Assembly (NCBI GenBank): GCA_021813145.1
Contig: JAKALS010000001.1
Location: 3,515 to 67,514, forward strand
DNA length: 64,000 bases
Direction of reading: 5' to 3'
From: a bacterium
Lineage (GTDB): Bacteria > Patescibacteriota > Microgenomatia > Levybacterales > UBA12049
The notes beneath the pieces are model-generated. The model saw nothing but the letters and a program-made list of their open reading frames with translations, did not search any database and was not told the origin of the DNA. A program made the position numbers and the translations under genes. Each line of letters opens with the position of its first letter. Positions within the stretch are counted from its first letter, which is position 1. This document shows positions 19,076 to 28,767 of this stretch, piece by piece.

Positions 19076-20121
19076 TTGCCTATTGTTCCGCCCCATTCGA
19101 CACTCGTAAACCCTATCCTTTCGGGGGGATTTGAGGGAAGATTTAAAGGTTTTGGAGAATATTCATAGCTTAAGGGTTTAAAGTAAAGAAGAAATTCTAT
19201 TTTTGTCTGCGGCAAGGGATTTATGTCTACTCTGTCTATTTTTTGTTTTTCCGAATTGGGGATTACGGAAATAAAAATATAAGGAGAGTTTAGCGCGTCA
19301 AGTTTTGGAAGCCAATAATTCACAAGTTCTTTCTGCTCGGGAGTTATTAAGCCCAGTTTATAAGTCAGAGAATAAAGCGAATTTTTAAGGTCTTTTGTTT
19401 TAACGACTATCCCGTTTTCCGGCTCTTGTACGGAGTTAACGGAAGATTCATAGTAAAGCTCGTTGTAGGTTTTCCCGTTATACTCAAAATGCCCGTCGGG
19501 GTGGGCAAGGATGTTTTTCCATCCGTTAATGGGGTAATTCGGAATACTCTCAACAATAGACCCTTTTGTAGAAACACTGACGTTTACCATAGTATCTTTT
19601 TTCGGATAAAGATAGATAACGGGTTTTCCTATGCAGTAAACGCCCGTGCCTGTTCCCGCCAGGGAAGGAGTGCTACACCATTGATTATAAAGCCAAGTGG
19701 GTTGGCAATTAAATTCTGTTTTACTAACCTGATTGTAGGAACTTACGCACTGCTTGTTAGAGCAAGTTACCAGATTTGCGGCGCATCGGCATGTAACGTC
19801 TGTTACGGGAACTCCCGTGTTTGCAACAATCTGTCCATTATCGTGATTACAGGTGCTTGAAGGGCTTGGGCTTGGAGTTGGGGAAGCTGCTCCCAAACCT
19901 TCTATTTGTAGGCTTTGCTGGGAATTCGGAGAAGAGCCTGTACCCGGACCCGAAGCTCCTCCCGGAGCAGGCGTTGGTGTGTTTTGTTCAATTGTATAAG
20001 ACTGGTTGGGATTTTGAAGATTGGAACTATGAAAAGTAAATGAGCCTCCTACAAGTAAAAAGCTTGCGAGTATTACAATAGCAAGAACTATAAATTCTAT
20101 TCCTCCTCTTTCTCTACTCAT
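19072..20121 (-). CDS. secreted Cys-rich protein with a pilin-like hydrophobic N-terminus
   Basis: MSRERGGIEFIVLAIVILASFLLVGG resembles a prepilin-type leader (charged residues, Gly, Glu-containing hydrophobic helix). Many Cys in the remainder. Confidence 0.35.
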   Translation of the reverse strand: MSRERGGIEFIVLAIVILASFLLVGGSFTFHSSNLQNPNQSYTIEQNTPTPAPGGASGPGTGSSPNSQQSLQIEGLGAASPTPSPSPSSTCNHDNGQIVANTGVPVTDVTCRCAANLVTCSNKQCVSSYNQVSKTEFNCQPTWLYNQWCSTPSLAGTGTGVYCIGKPVIYLYPKKDTMVNVSVSTKGSIVESIPNYPINGWKNILAHPDGHFEYNGKTYNELYYESSVNSVQEPENGIVVKTKDLKNSLYSLTYKLGLITPEQKELVNYWLPKLDALNSPYIFISVIPNSEKQKIDRVDINPLPQTKIEFLLYFKPLSYEYSPKPLNLPSNPPERIGFTSVEWGGTIGN

Positions 20122-20246
20122 ACATTTATATTACAGCATTTTTCATTTCCCATCTACCATTTCAATTGGTTAATAAATTGTAAAATTTTAAATGAATAAT
20201 AAATGGAGAATGAGCAATAATTCAATGGAAAATAGCTTTACGAGAG

Positions 20247-21089
20247 CTATTGGCACAGTTTTTGGGATATTTGGGAGAGAATCCCGCTTATTTGATTTGA
20301 GTCCGGGGCTTTGTAAAAATCGTCCGGAGAAGAAGCTACATTACTCATTAAATTTTCAAGTCTTTGTTCAAGATTGGTATCGCTTTTATCTACATAGGCA
20401 ATTGTAAAAATTCTTATTCCTTCCTGCTTTATCTGACTTGCCACGTCTGTAGGGTCTTGTTCGGGGGCGAAACACTGGCAGTTAGCTCTACAATAAGCAG
20501 GAATACATTCGTGGTCGGATTGGACGGTTTCGGGAACTCCGTCCGATATAAAAATAAGGGCAAATTTGTAGTTCGGAAATTTGCTTATTCCAGCATCCAT
20601 TTTTTGCTTGGTAAAAACAAAAGCGTCTTTTGTATACGTGGCTCCATTTGCGCTCATAGAGTTGATGTAATTGGAATACTGTGTCCTTACATCTTTATAA
20701 TAGGAAAAGGGAATTACCTCGGAAGGTTTGTCGCTGAATTTTTGTACCGCAATCGCTGTCGTATCGGTAAAACCCTGCGAAAATTGTATCATTCCTTGTT
20801 TTAGCTCGGTTAGTTTATTTCCAAAACTCATCGAGCCTGAGTTATCTACGAGAAAATCAACGGCCAATGTTTGCCCGCATTGTTTCTGTGTAAACTGAAT
20901 GGGTTTCAGCTGAAGAGACCGGGGGCTTGACGAAGAAGAAGGGGAGACGGGAACGTTTTCAACGTCTGTATTTTGGGGGTAAGAATTAAACTGAGGGGGG
21001 AATATGCCGTTTGTTAAAAGAATTGAGGAGCCGATTACCAAAAGCAGGAGCAAAATAACGATTTTGAGCCCCGGAGAAATCTTTTTCAT
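20247..21089 (-). CDS. secreted von Willebrand factor A (VWA) domain protein
   Basis: Signal peptide MKKISPGLKIVILLLLLVIG. DFLVDNSGSMS MIDAS motif. Start placed at an internal Met (ORF extends to 21122). Confidence 0.55.
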   Translation of the reverse strand: MKKISPGLKIVILLLLLVIGSSILLTNGIFPPQFNSYPQNTDVENVPVSPSSSSSPRSLQLKPIQFTQKQCGQTLAVDFLVDNSGSMSFGNKLTELKQGMIQFSQGFTDTTAIAVQKFSDKPSEVIPFSYYKDVRTQYSNYINSMSANGATYTKDAFVFTKQKMDAGISKFPNYKFALIFISDGVPETVQSDHECIPAYCRANCQCFAPEQDPTDVASQIKQEGIRIFTIAYVDKSDTNLEQRLENLMSNVASSPDDFYKAPDSNQISGILSQISQKLCQ

Positions 21090-21202
21090 CACAAAAACAT
21101 CATAACACAATTTAGAATTCAAAATTCAGAGCGGAAAGCAGGATATATTTGATCTTGAATTTTAGAAAGTCAAGAATTTCTTACTTCAAAAAAATCTATC
21201 CC

Positions 21203-22987
21203 TTAAGGGGCGACTTCTTGCCAGGTGTAGTTTGTTTTCCTGACAAAATTGGGAAGATTAAGTATAAAGTCAGGCCTTGATTGGACCGTAAATACAGGGC
21301 AGTAAGCATCGTTTCCGCAAAGGTCCCTGTTGTTCTGGACAGTTCCGCCGTTTAATCCCGCATTTACAATAATAGCTCCTGCTACATTGAGTCTGTTGTC
21401 GGGGCCTGTTGCGCAGTCGTTTGTTCCATTTATAACGAAGTTCTGGTCTGCGCTGAAAATTCCCTCAAGGTCGGTTGCCGTTGACAGATAATTACTCTCT
21501 CCAACGCTTTTATCTACATATATGCTTCCTTTTACTGAAAATATTACGGTAGAACCGACAGGAACGTGTATTTGAGTGTCTATTGTAAGGTCACCGTTAA
21601 CAAGAATAATGTAGTTTTGGTTTGCCGGGAAAGTATAGGAAGCGGGGCTTCCCGTACCGGTTAATGTAAGGCTTCCGTTTGCAATATATATTCCGTGGGG
21701 AAGACTTGATGAAAGCTGGCAATTTGTAAGTCCTCCAAGATTGCAATAAGAAGAATTGGATGTAATATCAACGGGAGTAATATTTGCCTGCTGGGCAATA
21801 GACTGCATGTAAGCATAAGAAGATTTTATAACTCCTCCGATTGCACCCGGTGCAAAACTCTCCGGGTATGATGCTCCTCCCGAAACCCAGTTGTTTACCG
21901 ATGCGCTTCCCTGGCCGAAATTTGCCGAGCCGTTTCCCGTATATACGACTCCGGGGGAGCCTGCGGAATTTACAGACGTATAAGCTCCGCCGCTGCAGGA
22001 AGTGTTGGCCGTATCCGGGATAGGATTATTAAAGCTGGACCCGCTTCCGCCTGTTCCCGAAGAACTGAAGCCTCCGTCGGTTCTTACATCTCCGCCGCCG
22101 CCGGTTTGAATCCATGGAATGCTGTCGGACATACCGAAGTTAAGGTTTTGGACATTATCCGAAGAGCATGTCGCATCAGGCGAACCGGTGGCCGCGCATC
22201 CCGGGCCTACAGTTACCGAGAAAGAAGGTGGCGCACCCGTAGGGATAGTCATGATCCAGTTTGTTCCGGGAAGACCCGAGGTGTAAGAAACGGTATATGT
22301 TCCGGCCGAAAGTCCTGTCACTTGGAATTTGCCCTGGGAAGGATAAGAAACGCTTCCTGCGGTAGAGGTGATCGTAACAGTACCCGTATAAAGGGATTCT
22401 CCGTTATCCAGTTTTTGATCTTTGTTTGCGTCAACAAATACATTTCCCTGAATGGAATACGGGCCGGGGGTAGGAGCGGGAGTTGAGCCCGTCGGGACAG
22501 GGGTGGGAGTTGTAGGGCAAAGCGAGCAGTCCGTAAGACAGCTTCCCGAAGCACAATATGGAACACATATCCCGCCTGCGCACTGAGAACAGGTTACCTG
22601 CGGAGCTGTACAAACAAGAGGTGTGGGTGTAGGGCTTGAAGTTGGGGTTGGGGTGGGAGTTGAAGTCGGGACCGGAGTTGGACAAGAGCTACAGCTATTG
22701 GAATAAGTACCACAATATTGATAGCAGGTTGATCCAGAGCATCCGTATTGGAGGGAAGAGTTAGATGGGCAAGTAGGAATAGGCGTCGGGCAGCCTGCAG
22801 TGCAACTTGTATTAAGGGTGTAATAAGGGCCGATATTGCAATATGTTCCAATGTAATAATAAGCAGTGTTACACGTGCTACTGCAGTATTGACTGCATGC
22901 ATTAGCCTGTTGGGGAGTGGATAAAAAGAAAAAAGCTCCTAAGAAAAGGAACACTACCAAAGATAAGAGGCTTATCTTTATTCTCAT
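21203..22987 (-). CDS. large secreted Cys-rich surface protein (Thr/Pro linkers)
   Basis: Signal peptide, then CxxC-rich modules, PTPTPT linkers and a Gly/Ser/Thr-rich beta-like C-terminal half. Confidence 0.5.
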   Translation of the reverse strand: MRIKISLLSLVVFLFLGAFFFLSTPQQANACSQYCSSTCNTAYYYIGTYCNIGPYYTLNTSCTAGCPTPIPTCPSNSSLQYGCSGSTCYQYCGTYSNSCSSCPTPVPTSTPTPTPTSSPTPTPLVCTAPQVTCSQCAGGICVPYCASGSCLTDCSLCPTTPTPVPTGSTPAPTPGPYSIQGNVFVDANKDQKLDNGESLYTGTVTITSTAGSVSYPSQGKFQVTGLSAGTYTVSYTSGLPGTNWIMTIPTGAPPSFSVTVGPGCAATGSPDATCSSDNVQNLNFGMSDSIPWIQTGGGGDVRTDGGFSSSGTGGSGSSFNNPIPDTANTSCSGGAYTSVNSAGSPGVVYTGNGSANFGQGSASVNNWVSGGASYPESFAPGAIGGVIKSSYAYMQSIAQQANITPVDITSNSSYCNLGGLTNCQLSSSLPHGIYIANGSLTLTGTGSPASYTFPANQNYIILVNGDLTIDTQIHVPVGSTVIFSVKGSIYVDKSVGESNYLSTATDLEGIFSADQNFVINGTNDCATGPDNRLNVAGAIIVNAGLNGGTVQNNRDLCGNDAYCPVFTVQSRPDFILNLPNFVRKTNYTWQEVAP

Positions 22988-23028
22988 TAATTCAATTATT
23001 GCATTTTATTTTTTTAAAAGTCAATCCT

Positions 23029-23916
23029 CTATTGGGGAGTGTAATAATTTAGAGAATATACGTCTAGCTCTGAATTTTTAGGAACAAGTCCTGTGATTGG
23101 AAGATTCCCAGTTTTTGTGTAAAAAGATTTATTATAGTTGAAAGATTCGATATCTCCATTGGGGAATAATACAGTGAGAGTTTTCCCGTCAGAGGAAAGC
23201 TTAATCGAGAAAAAGGCTCTTTGGGAGATTGAATTATTTGAGGGTGTATAAAATGGTACAAAATCGGTAATTTTAGAAGCGAATAAAAATTGTATACCCC
23301 AAGCGTTAAAACTTGGATAGTAGCTTATATAGAATCTGTTCTCACTTGGATCACCTCCAAACATTAAGCCTAAATCATTCTTCCCATTTGAATCCGCTTT
23401 AAGGGCAAAATTCACCTGAACCCCTTTATTTCCGGGAACGATTTGATCACTGTTGGGAACAAATACGTAAGAGACTTCTTTGTCGGTGTTAATAAATTTT
23501 TGAGGATTAGCACATTTAATAAGTTGGTTTAATATTATGTTTTTATCGTTTGAATTAGAATTACAAGCGGCTAAATTCTGAAAATTATTACTAAAATAGA
23601 TTAAGTCATCCTGAGAAGAAGTATTTATTGCCGCGTTTTGCACGTTTTGCTGTTGAGGGAGAAAAGAAAGAGCGGGAATTACCGAAGAAAGTGGGATAAG
23701 ATTAAAATAATTAAAGGTAGTAAGTATCAGGATGCTGAATAGGGCTATGAGAGTTAATTCAAAAATGGAGGTCCTTATAAAATCAAAAATTCTGTAGGCA
23801 GTGGATTTAGGCGCTTCTTCTTGCTGTGGAGCCGCTTCGGTATTTTGGTTTGGAGTACTTACGGGATTGGGTATCCCAAGAGGATTTTGAATACTGGCAG
23901 GCGGTATTACTTCCAT
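23029..23916 (-). CDS. hypothetical membrane-anchored protein
   Basis: Transmembrane segment LTLIALFSILILTTFNYFNL followed by an Asn/Ser-rich extracytoplasmic domain. Confidence 0.4.
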   Translation of the reverse strand: MEVIPPASIQNPLGIPNPVSTPNQNTEAAPQQEEAPKSTAYRIFDFIRTSIFELTLIALFSILILTTFNYFNLIPLSSVIPALSFLPQQQNVQNAAINTSSQDDLIYFSNNFQNLAACNSNSNDKNIILNQLIKCANPQKFINTDKEVSYVFVPNSDQIVPGNKGVQVNFALKADSNGKNDLGLMFGGDPSENRFYISYYPSFNAWGIQFLFASKITDFVPFYTPSNNSISQRAFFSIKLSSDGKTLTVLFPNGDIESFNYNKSFYTKTGNLPITGLVPKNSELDVYSLNYYTPQ

Positions 23917-24121
23917 GACTTTATGGTAAAGAATGGACTGATTAAAGTCAACAGCTTTGATGGTAGACGATGGAGAATGTAAGCTAGAGCTTGAAGTTGG
24001 ATAAGTTGAAGCGATTAAAACCTTTCGTGGTTTAAAGGTCTGATTCAGCCCTCATCTTCTATCCTCAAGATCCAGCTTCCAGCATCTACTGTTCGCCAGC
24101 AGATAATGTATACTGTTTTTA

Positions 24122-25942
24122 ATGGAGAAGTACTTAAAGTTTGTTTTCTTCTTTTTTCTTGTTGCAGCGTTTTTGTTTGAAGGTTTGGGTATAAAAAATG
24201 GCAGGGTGCTCTCTTACGGCTTAATACTCCTGCTGCCAGTTTTTCTTTTTATTCCGGAGATTTTTTCCAAAAGCCATGAAAAAATTCTCTTTCCGTTAAA
24301 ATTTTCTATCCTCTATTTCTTATTCATACTTTTTAGCTTATTTTCAAGTATCTTTTCCGTGAACCTCCAGAATTCTTTCGAGCAGCTGTTTTTATATATA
24401 GCTTTGTTTTTGGTTTTTATTTTTGTATATAACTACAAACATTTGATAAGTGAAACTTTATTAAAAATAATTTTTGTTTTGGCCCTTATTTTTTCTTTAT
24501 TTTCTATTTTTATAAGTTTTTTTGCATTAAAAAACTCCTTTTTGACTATACCTTTGGATGTAACAACAAACTATTATCAGTTTGTATATTCCGCATGGGC
24601 GCATAATCATTTAAGCGATTTTCTTCTTCTGCCTTTAATAATTTTAATATTCAGATTTTTGTCTCAAAAATTTAAACCGGAGAATTTATTATTTTTTCTC
24701 TTTTTTATTCCCTATTTTATTTTTGCCTACTCAAGGTCGGCCTATCTTGATTTGGCTTTAGTAATTTCGCTAATTCTCGTTTATTATCTTTTTAAGAAAG
24801 GTCAGGGGTGGGGAAAACATATTTTACTGATTTTGGGAAGCTCATTAGCGGTATTAGGTTTAATTGTTTTAGTCTTTTCCGCTTCCGCAGGCGGGCAGCA
24901 GAATGTTTTCGGCTCACTGAATTTTGCACTCAGGGAAAAGTTTGATTTGGGGCAAAAACAGTTTTTTGCAGGCAGAAATGTATACCTTTCCCAGGGACTT
25001 TTTTCTTTTGTAAATAACCCGATTTTAGGATTAGGACCCGGTAATTTTGAATATGCATCCCAAAAATATTCCAATTCTCCGACCGAAATAACAAGCACGG
25101 GCCATAATATTTTTTTGGATATTCTTGTAGAAAACGGATTTTTGGCGGAAATTTTCTTTATATTATTATTTTTTCAAATTTTCTCATCGATAAAAAGAGC
25201 GGTATTCAATAATCTTAACAAAAACGAGTCCAGTCAGAGTTGGCAAAAATCGATAATCAGTAATCAACAATCTTTAATCTATCCGTTGTTGTTTATAGCT
25301 ATGCTGTTAAATTTTCAGACCGATTTTACTTATCAAATTTATTCTTTTTTTCTTTTATTCTTTGCAATATTGGGCTTAGTTTACGAAGAGAAAAGCAAAT
25401 TAAATCCCGGAATTTTGCCGCTGATAATTTCTATAGTACTTTTGTTTTTTATTTCTTTAAAAATTATTAGTTCCGTAGAGGTTTCTAAACAAGATTACAC
25501 GCTTGCATTTTATGCATATCCCCTTAACAGGGAAGTCTATCAGCCGTTAATAAGCAGAGAATTATATATGGGAAACAAGGAAAAAGCCTTCTATTATCTA
25601 AGTTTTTACACAAAAGTTTTTAAAGGAGACTACGATTCGCTAATTTGGGTTGGAGATATATACGACAATTACGAAGGCCCGAAGTATGCATTGCCATATT
25701 ATGAGAAAGCTTTTTTGGTCAATAAGTTCATAGATCCTCTTTACGTTAAAAAAATATACGATATTAAAAGTAAGTTTGAAGGAAGAGAAAATGCAAAGGA
25801 ACTTATTACTCCTTACTTTAAAAATCTCTCTAATGTTAATGATCCGACAGGGCAATATCAACAGACCTATTATCAGTACAGGCTAAGCGCATTAAAAGTT
25901 TGCAGGGAAATATACAACGGGAACTGTCCCTATAGCCTGTAG
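24122..25942 (+). CDS. O-antigen ligase / polymerase (Wzy_C)-like polytopic membrane protein with a C-terminal soluble extension
   Basis: At least 10 predicted transmembrane segments. GHNIFLDILVENGFLAE matches the H-N-x-x-L...E-x-G signature of the O-antigen ligase family. C-terminal about 200 aa are TPR-like. Confidence 0.55.
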   Translation: MEKYLKFVFFFFLVAAFLFEGLGIKNGRVLSYGLILLLPVFLFIPEIFSKSHEKILFPLKFSILYFLFILFSLFSSIFSVNLQNSFEQLFLYIALFLVFIFVYNYKHLISETLLKIIFVLALIFSLFSIFISFFALKNSFLTIPLDVTTNYYQFVYSAWAHNHLSDFLLLPLIILIFRFLSQKFKPENLLFFLFFIPYFIFAYSRSAYLDLALVISLILVYYLFKKGQGWGKHILLILGSSLAVLGLIVLVFSASAGGQQNVFGSLNFALREKFDLGQKQFFAGRNVYLSQGLFSFVNNPILGLGPGNFEYASQKYSNSPTEITSTGHNIFLDILVENGFLAEIFFILLFFQIFSSIKRAVFNNLNKNESSQSWQKSIISNQQSLIYPLLFIAMLLNFQTDFTYQIYSFFLLFFAILGLVYEEKSKLNPGILPLIISIVLLFFISLKIISSVEVSKQDYTLAFYAYPLNREVYQPLISRELYMGNKEKAFYYLSFYTKVFKGDYDSLIWVGDIYDNYEGPKYALPYYEKAFLVNKFIDPLYVKKIYDIKSKFEGRENAKELITPYFKNLSNVNDPTGQYQQTYYQYRLSALKVCREIYNGNCPYSL

Positions 25943-26154
25943 ATTTTTTGAAGTGGGAAGTGAGATGTTCTTGAACTTGAACTAGGTACATGATCCGCAG
26001 CAGTTAGAGCAGGACCAGTTGCAATTGGCAATCCCGCAGCAGGAGGTAGCGCAAGCAATTAATCTTCCCTGGTTTAATTTATTAGGGGTGTAGAAAAGAT
26101 TAATCTTAAATCTCTTTTTTTGAATATCAGGTTTTTGATATTTGTTGTATTTTT

Positions 26155-26670
26155 TCATTGCTGCAAAATAAAAATATTTATGTCCAATGGTGCTTCATTT
26201 GGATCTATGGCGAGGTTCTCATTAAATTGGACCATTATTTTATCTCCGGGTTTTAAATCGCTTACTCCCACCTTTGAAGTTGTTCCATTTTTATCTTGAA
26301 GGTATACTGAGGTAGTTAATAAGTTTTTCCCCGTAATTGGGATGTTTGTCATATCTGCTTTATCGCCCTCCAGCACTATTAGTACTCCTTTATTGTCTTT
26401 TGACGGAATTATATTTTTTACTATTCCGTTAACATTTTGGGTAAAATATACATTTGCATTTTTATAAGACGGCCAGCTTTCAAGCATTTTTAGGGCAATA
26501 GGGTTAATTGCTAGGTTTGCTATGGGTATAGGGGTAGAGGTTGATGTCCCGATCGGGACCTGAGCTATTTTTTTAGGTTCTTCAAAAACAAAAAGAAATA
26601 CAACTTCCGAAAAAGCCGTAATAAGAAGAGCAATTATTATGGCAAGGAACACCTTGTTGAGCCTGGACAC
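26155..26670 (-). CDS. membrane-anchored protein, paralog B of the pair that flanks the RiPP operon
   Basis: MSRLNKVFLAIIIALLITAFSEVVFLFVF is nearly identical in pattern to the N-terminus of 30523-31044. Pro/Thr linker. Confidence 0.5.
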   Translation of the reverse strand: MSRLNKVFLAIIIALLITAFSEVVFLFVFEEPKKIAQVPIGTSTSTPIPIANLAINPIALKMLESWPSYKNANVYFTQNVNGIVKNIIPSKDNKGVLIVLEGDKADMTNIPITGKNLLTTSVYLQDKNGTTSKVGVSDLKPGDKIMVQFNENLAIDPNEAPLDINIFILQQ

Positions 26671-26722
26671 TTTAAATCACCTGATTATAGTAGAACACTT
26701 TGCTTAAGCGATGTCAATAGCA

Positions 26723-27487
26723 CTATTTCAAGGGGTTGCCAAAGGAAAAAGTGCTAATTACTGTTTCCTCAGTCCCGTCTACATCAAGTAATTTGTTTAG
26801 TGTGTCTTCTTTAAAACCCGCTACCTCGCAACACCCAAGATTTAGGGGAATGGAATTTAGGTAAAAATTTTGGCCGAGATGGCCTGTATCGATAAAAACA
26901 TGTCTATAACCGCGTTCTCCGTATTTAACCGTAGTTCTTGCGAAAACTCCGGTAACAATAATTATAAAAGCCGACCCTTTAACCCATTCTTGGTCAAAAT
27001 ATTTTCTGAAGTTTATCGTTTTATACGCGTAAATATGCTCAAGACTGTGAGTTCTTGGGTAATAATGATAAATTCCGTTAGGAAGTTCGGTATTAAAAGA
27101 TAAAAGGTAAATTTCAAGAGGGTATCTTCCTCCTCCCGAAGGATAAAATCTAAGAGGATACAAATTTTCATCAAGATTTTTTATTCCTGCGCTATGGTAC
27201 AGGAGAGAGGAAATTCTTTTAAGGTCAACCTTTTCTTTAGTGAATTCCCTTATGGACTCTCTTTTTAGAAGCGCTTTGGATAAGGCAACTTTAGGAAGTT
27301 CAATTTTGGGAAGCTTAATCTGTTCAAAACGGAAATAGCTTTTAAAATAAACTTTTTTCCACGTTTCGGGAGGTTTTTTTAAATCTTTTCTGAAGCGGAC
27401 ATTTTTTGATGCTTCGTAAAATTTTTGAAAAGGTGAGTTGTTGATGTTTAATAACTCCTCAATCTCGTTGTTATTTTTTATTTTCAT
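26723..27487 (-). CDS. SagB-type (McbC-like) FMN-dependent dehydrogenase of azoline-to-azole RiPP pathways
   Basis: RFYPSGGGRYPLEIY resembles the SagB hallmark PSAGGLYP. GYRHVFIDTGHLGQNFYL and CEVAGF are nitroreductase-fold segments. Confidence 0.65.
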   Translation of the reverse strand: MKIKNNNEIEELLNINNSPFQKFYEASKNVRFRKDLKKPPETWKKVYFKSYFRFEQIKLPKIELPKVALSKALLKRESIREFTKEKVDLKRISSLLYHSAGIKNLDENLYPLRFYPSGGGRYPLEIYLLSFNTELPNGIYHYYPRTHSLEHIYAYKTINFRKYFDQEWVKGSAFIIIVTGVFARTTVKYGERGYRHVFIDTGHLGQNFYLNSIPLNLGCCEVAGFKEDTLNKLLDVDGTEETVISTFSFGNPLK

Positions 27488-28767
27488 ATAAAAGGATGCG
27501 GAACTTGATTAAAATTCCCGGTTTCCACGTTAAAGAAATCCGCCACTTCTTTTATTCTTCCCGTCTTTAATTCTTTCTCTTTCTCATTCAAATAGAGAGG
27601 TTGAAGACGGGGAATAATGATTTTGAATACTTTATAGTCAATATCGGTAAAGTTATCTAAAGTTATGTCGGAATAATATGCATCCAGATTATTTTTCTTT
27701 AAAATTTTTTTCACTGTTTCCAGTTCTTTTACAGGGTTGTCTATGGGGGGTAGGGTTTTATATATCTTCGATTTTTCCGATTTTGTGAGAAAATCTAATT
27801 TGTCTTCCATTTGGGGCGTCATCCATAAAAGTGCCCTTTCAGCAATAGTTGGAACATGTTTTCTTATTTTTACATTTTTCTTTTTGTCAAATAGCTGCAA
27901 TTTCGCAAAGTATCTATTCATGAATGCCTCTTCCATGGCTCCCAGAATCGCAGTTTTTGTATCTAGGCTCGCTTTCATTCCCAGTGAAAGTTGGGGAAGA
28001 TTACCCGTTTCATCTAACAAAACGGTTAAGAATACAGGCACTTGAAGATTATTGGTAATATTAAAGATCAGGGGTTTTAGTCTGTATCTCTTGTAATAAT
28101 CGCCTAGGGATTTTATAGCGCTATCCTTAATGGAACTTATTTTTATCTTGGGGACCCTTATTTTATTAAGATATACCGTCATGAATGCATCTCTTTCTAT
28201 GACCTCATAAATTCCATTAAGAATAACTCTTGTGCTATCAAATCCTCCAGCTGCACCCGTACTTATACTTGAAGTCAGAGAAACTTCATTATCTTTTGGA
28301 AAGTTTAGATATAAAAGCTGGGCAGGAAGAAGTACCTGTTTATTGTCAAATAAATCGTGTCCCTTTATCCATCCGAACTTTGTTTCTTTTATTTTGTCCG
28401 TGTTTATATAAATTTGAGGATTTAAAGCATTAATTCTTTTCTTTTTCAGTTCATTATAGGTAGTATATGTAATCGATTTATAGCTATAGCAGCATTGGTT
28501 AAATCTTTCTGCAGCCTCGCTAAGACACTTCAATAGGGCGGTTTCTTTTGATGCATAAGATAATCCGTTTGCCCCGATTTTATATGCGTTGAGCTTATAT
28601 TCAGATTTCGGAAAAAAGGGATTACTTGAGTTATTAAGCATAACCGAATAGTAATTTAGCTTAGGTTCGTCATAAAAGTGGTTAGAGTTATTTGCTACTT
28701 TCTTAATAATTTTTTTTCCGTTAAGTTCTTTATAGAGTATTTTGATTAATTCCAAGTTATTTTCCAT
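27484..28767 (-). CDS. YcaO-domain cyclodehydratase (azoline-forming type)
   Basis: CLSEAAERFN and GIYEVIERDAF match the YcaO ATP/Mg-binding E-x-x-E-R motifs. SISTGAAGGFD. C-terminal ...VPHPFI is a proline-rich tail like the PxPxP of TOMM YcaOs. Confidence 0.7.
   Translation of the reverse strand: MENNLELIKILYKELNGKKIIKKVANNSNHFYDEPKLNYYSVMLNNSSNPFFPKSEYKLNAYKIGANGLSYASKETALLKCLSEAAERFNQCCYSYKSITYTTYNELKKKRINALNPQIYINTDKIKETKFGWIKGHDLFDNKQVLLPAQLLYLNFPKDNEVSLTSSISTGAAGGFDSTRVILNGIYEVIERDAFMTVYLNKIRVPKIKISSIKDSAIKSLGDYYKRYRLKPLIFNITNNLQVPVFLTVLLDETGNLPQLSLGMKASLDTKTAILGAMEEAFMNRYFAKLQLFDKKKNVKIRKHVPTIAERALLWMTPQMEDKLDFLTKSEKSKIYKTLPPIDNPVKELETVKKILKKNNLDAYYSDITLDNFTDIDYKVFKIIIPRLQPLYLNEKEKELKTGRIKEVADFFNVETGNFNQVPHPFI

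Noticed and set aside
17922-22902. Antisense ORFs 17922-18206, 19426-19860, 19821-20039, 20364-20804, 21841-22023, 22106-22486, 22318-22566, 22431-22685 and 22594-22902
   Set aside because: All lie inside longer, motif-supported genes on the opposite strand (uppS, VWA, Cys-rich surface proteins).
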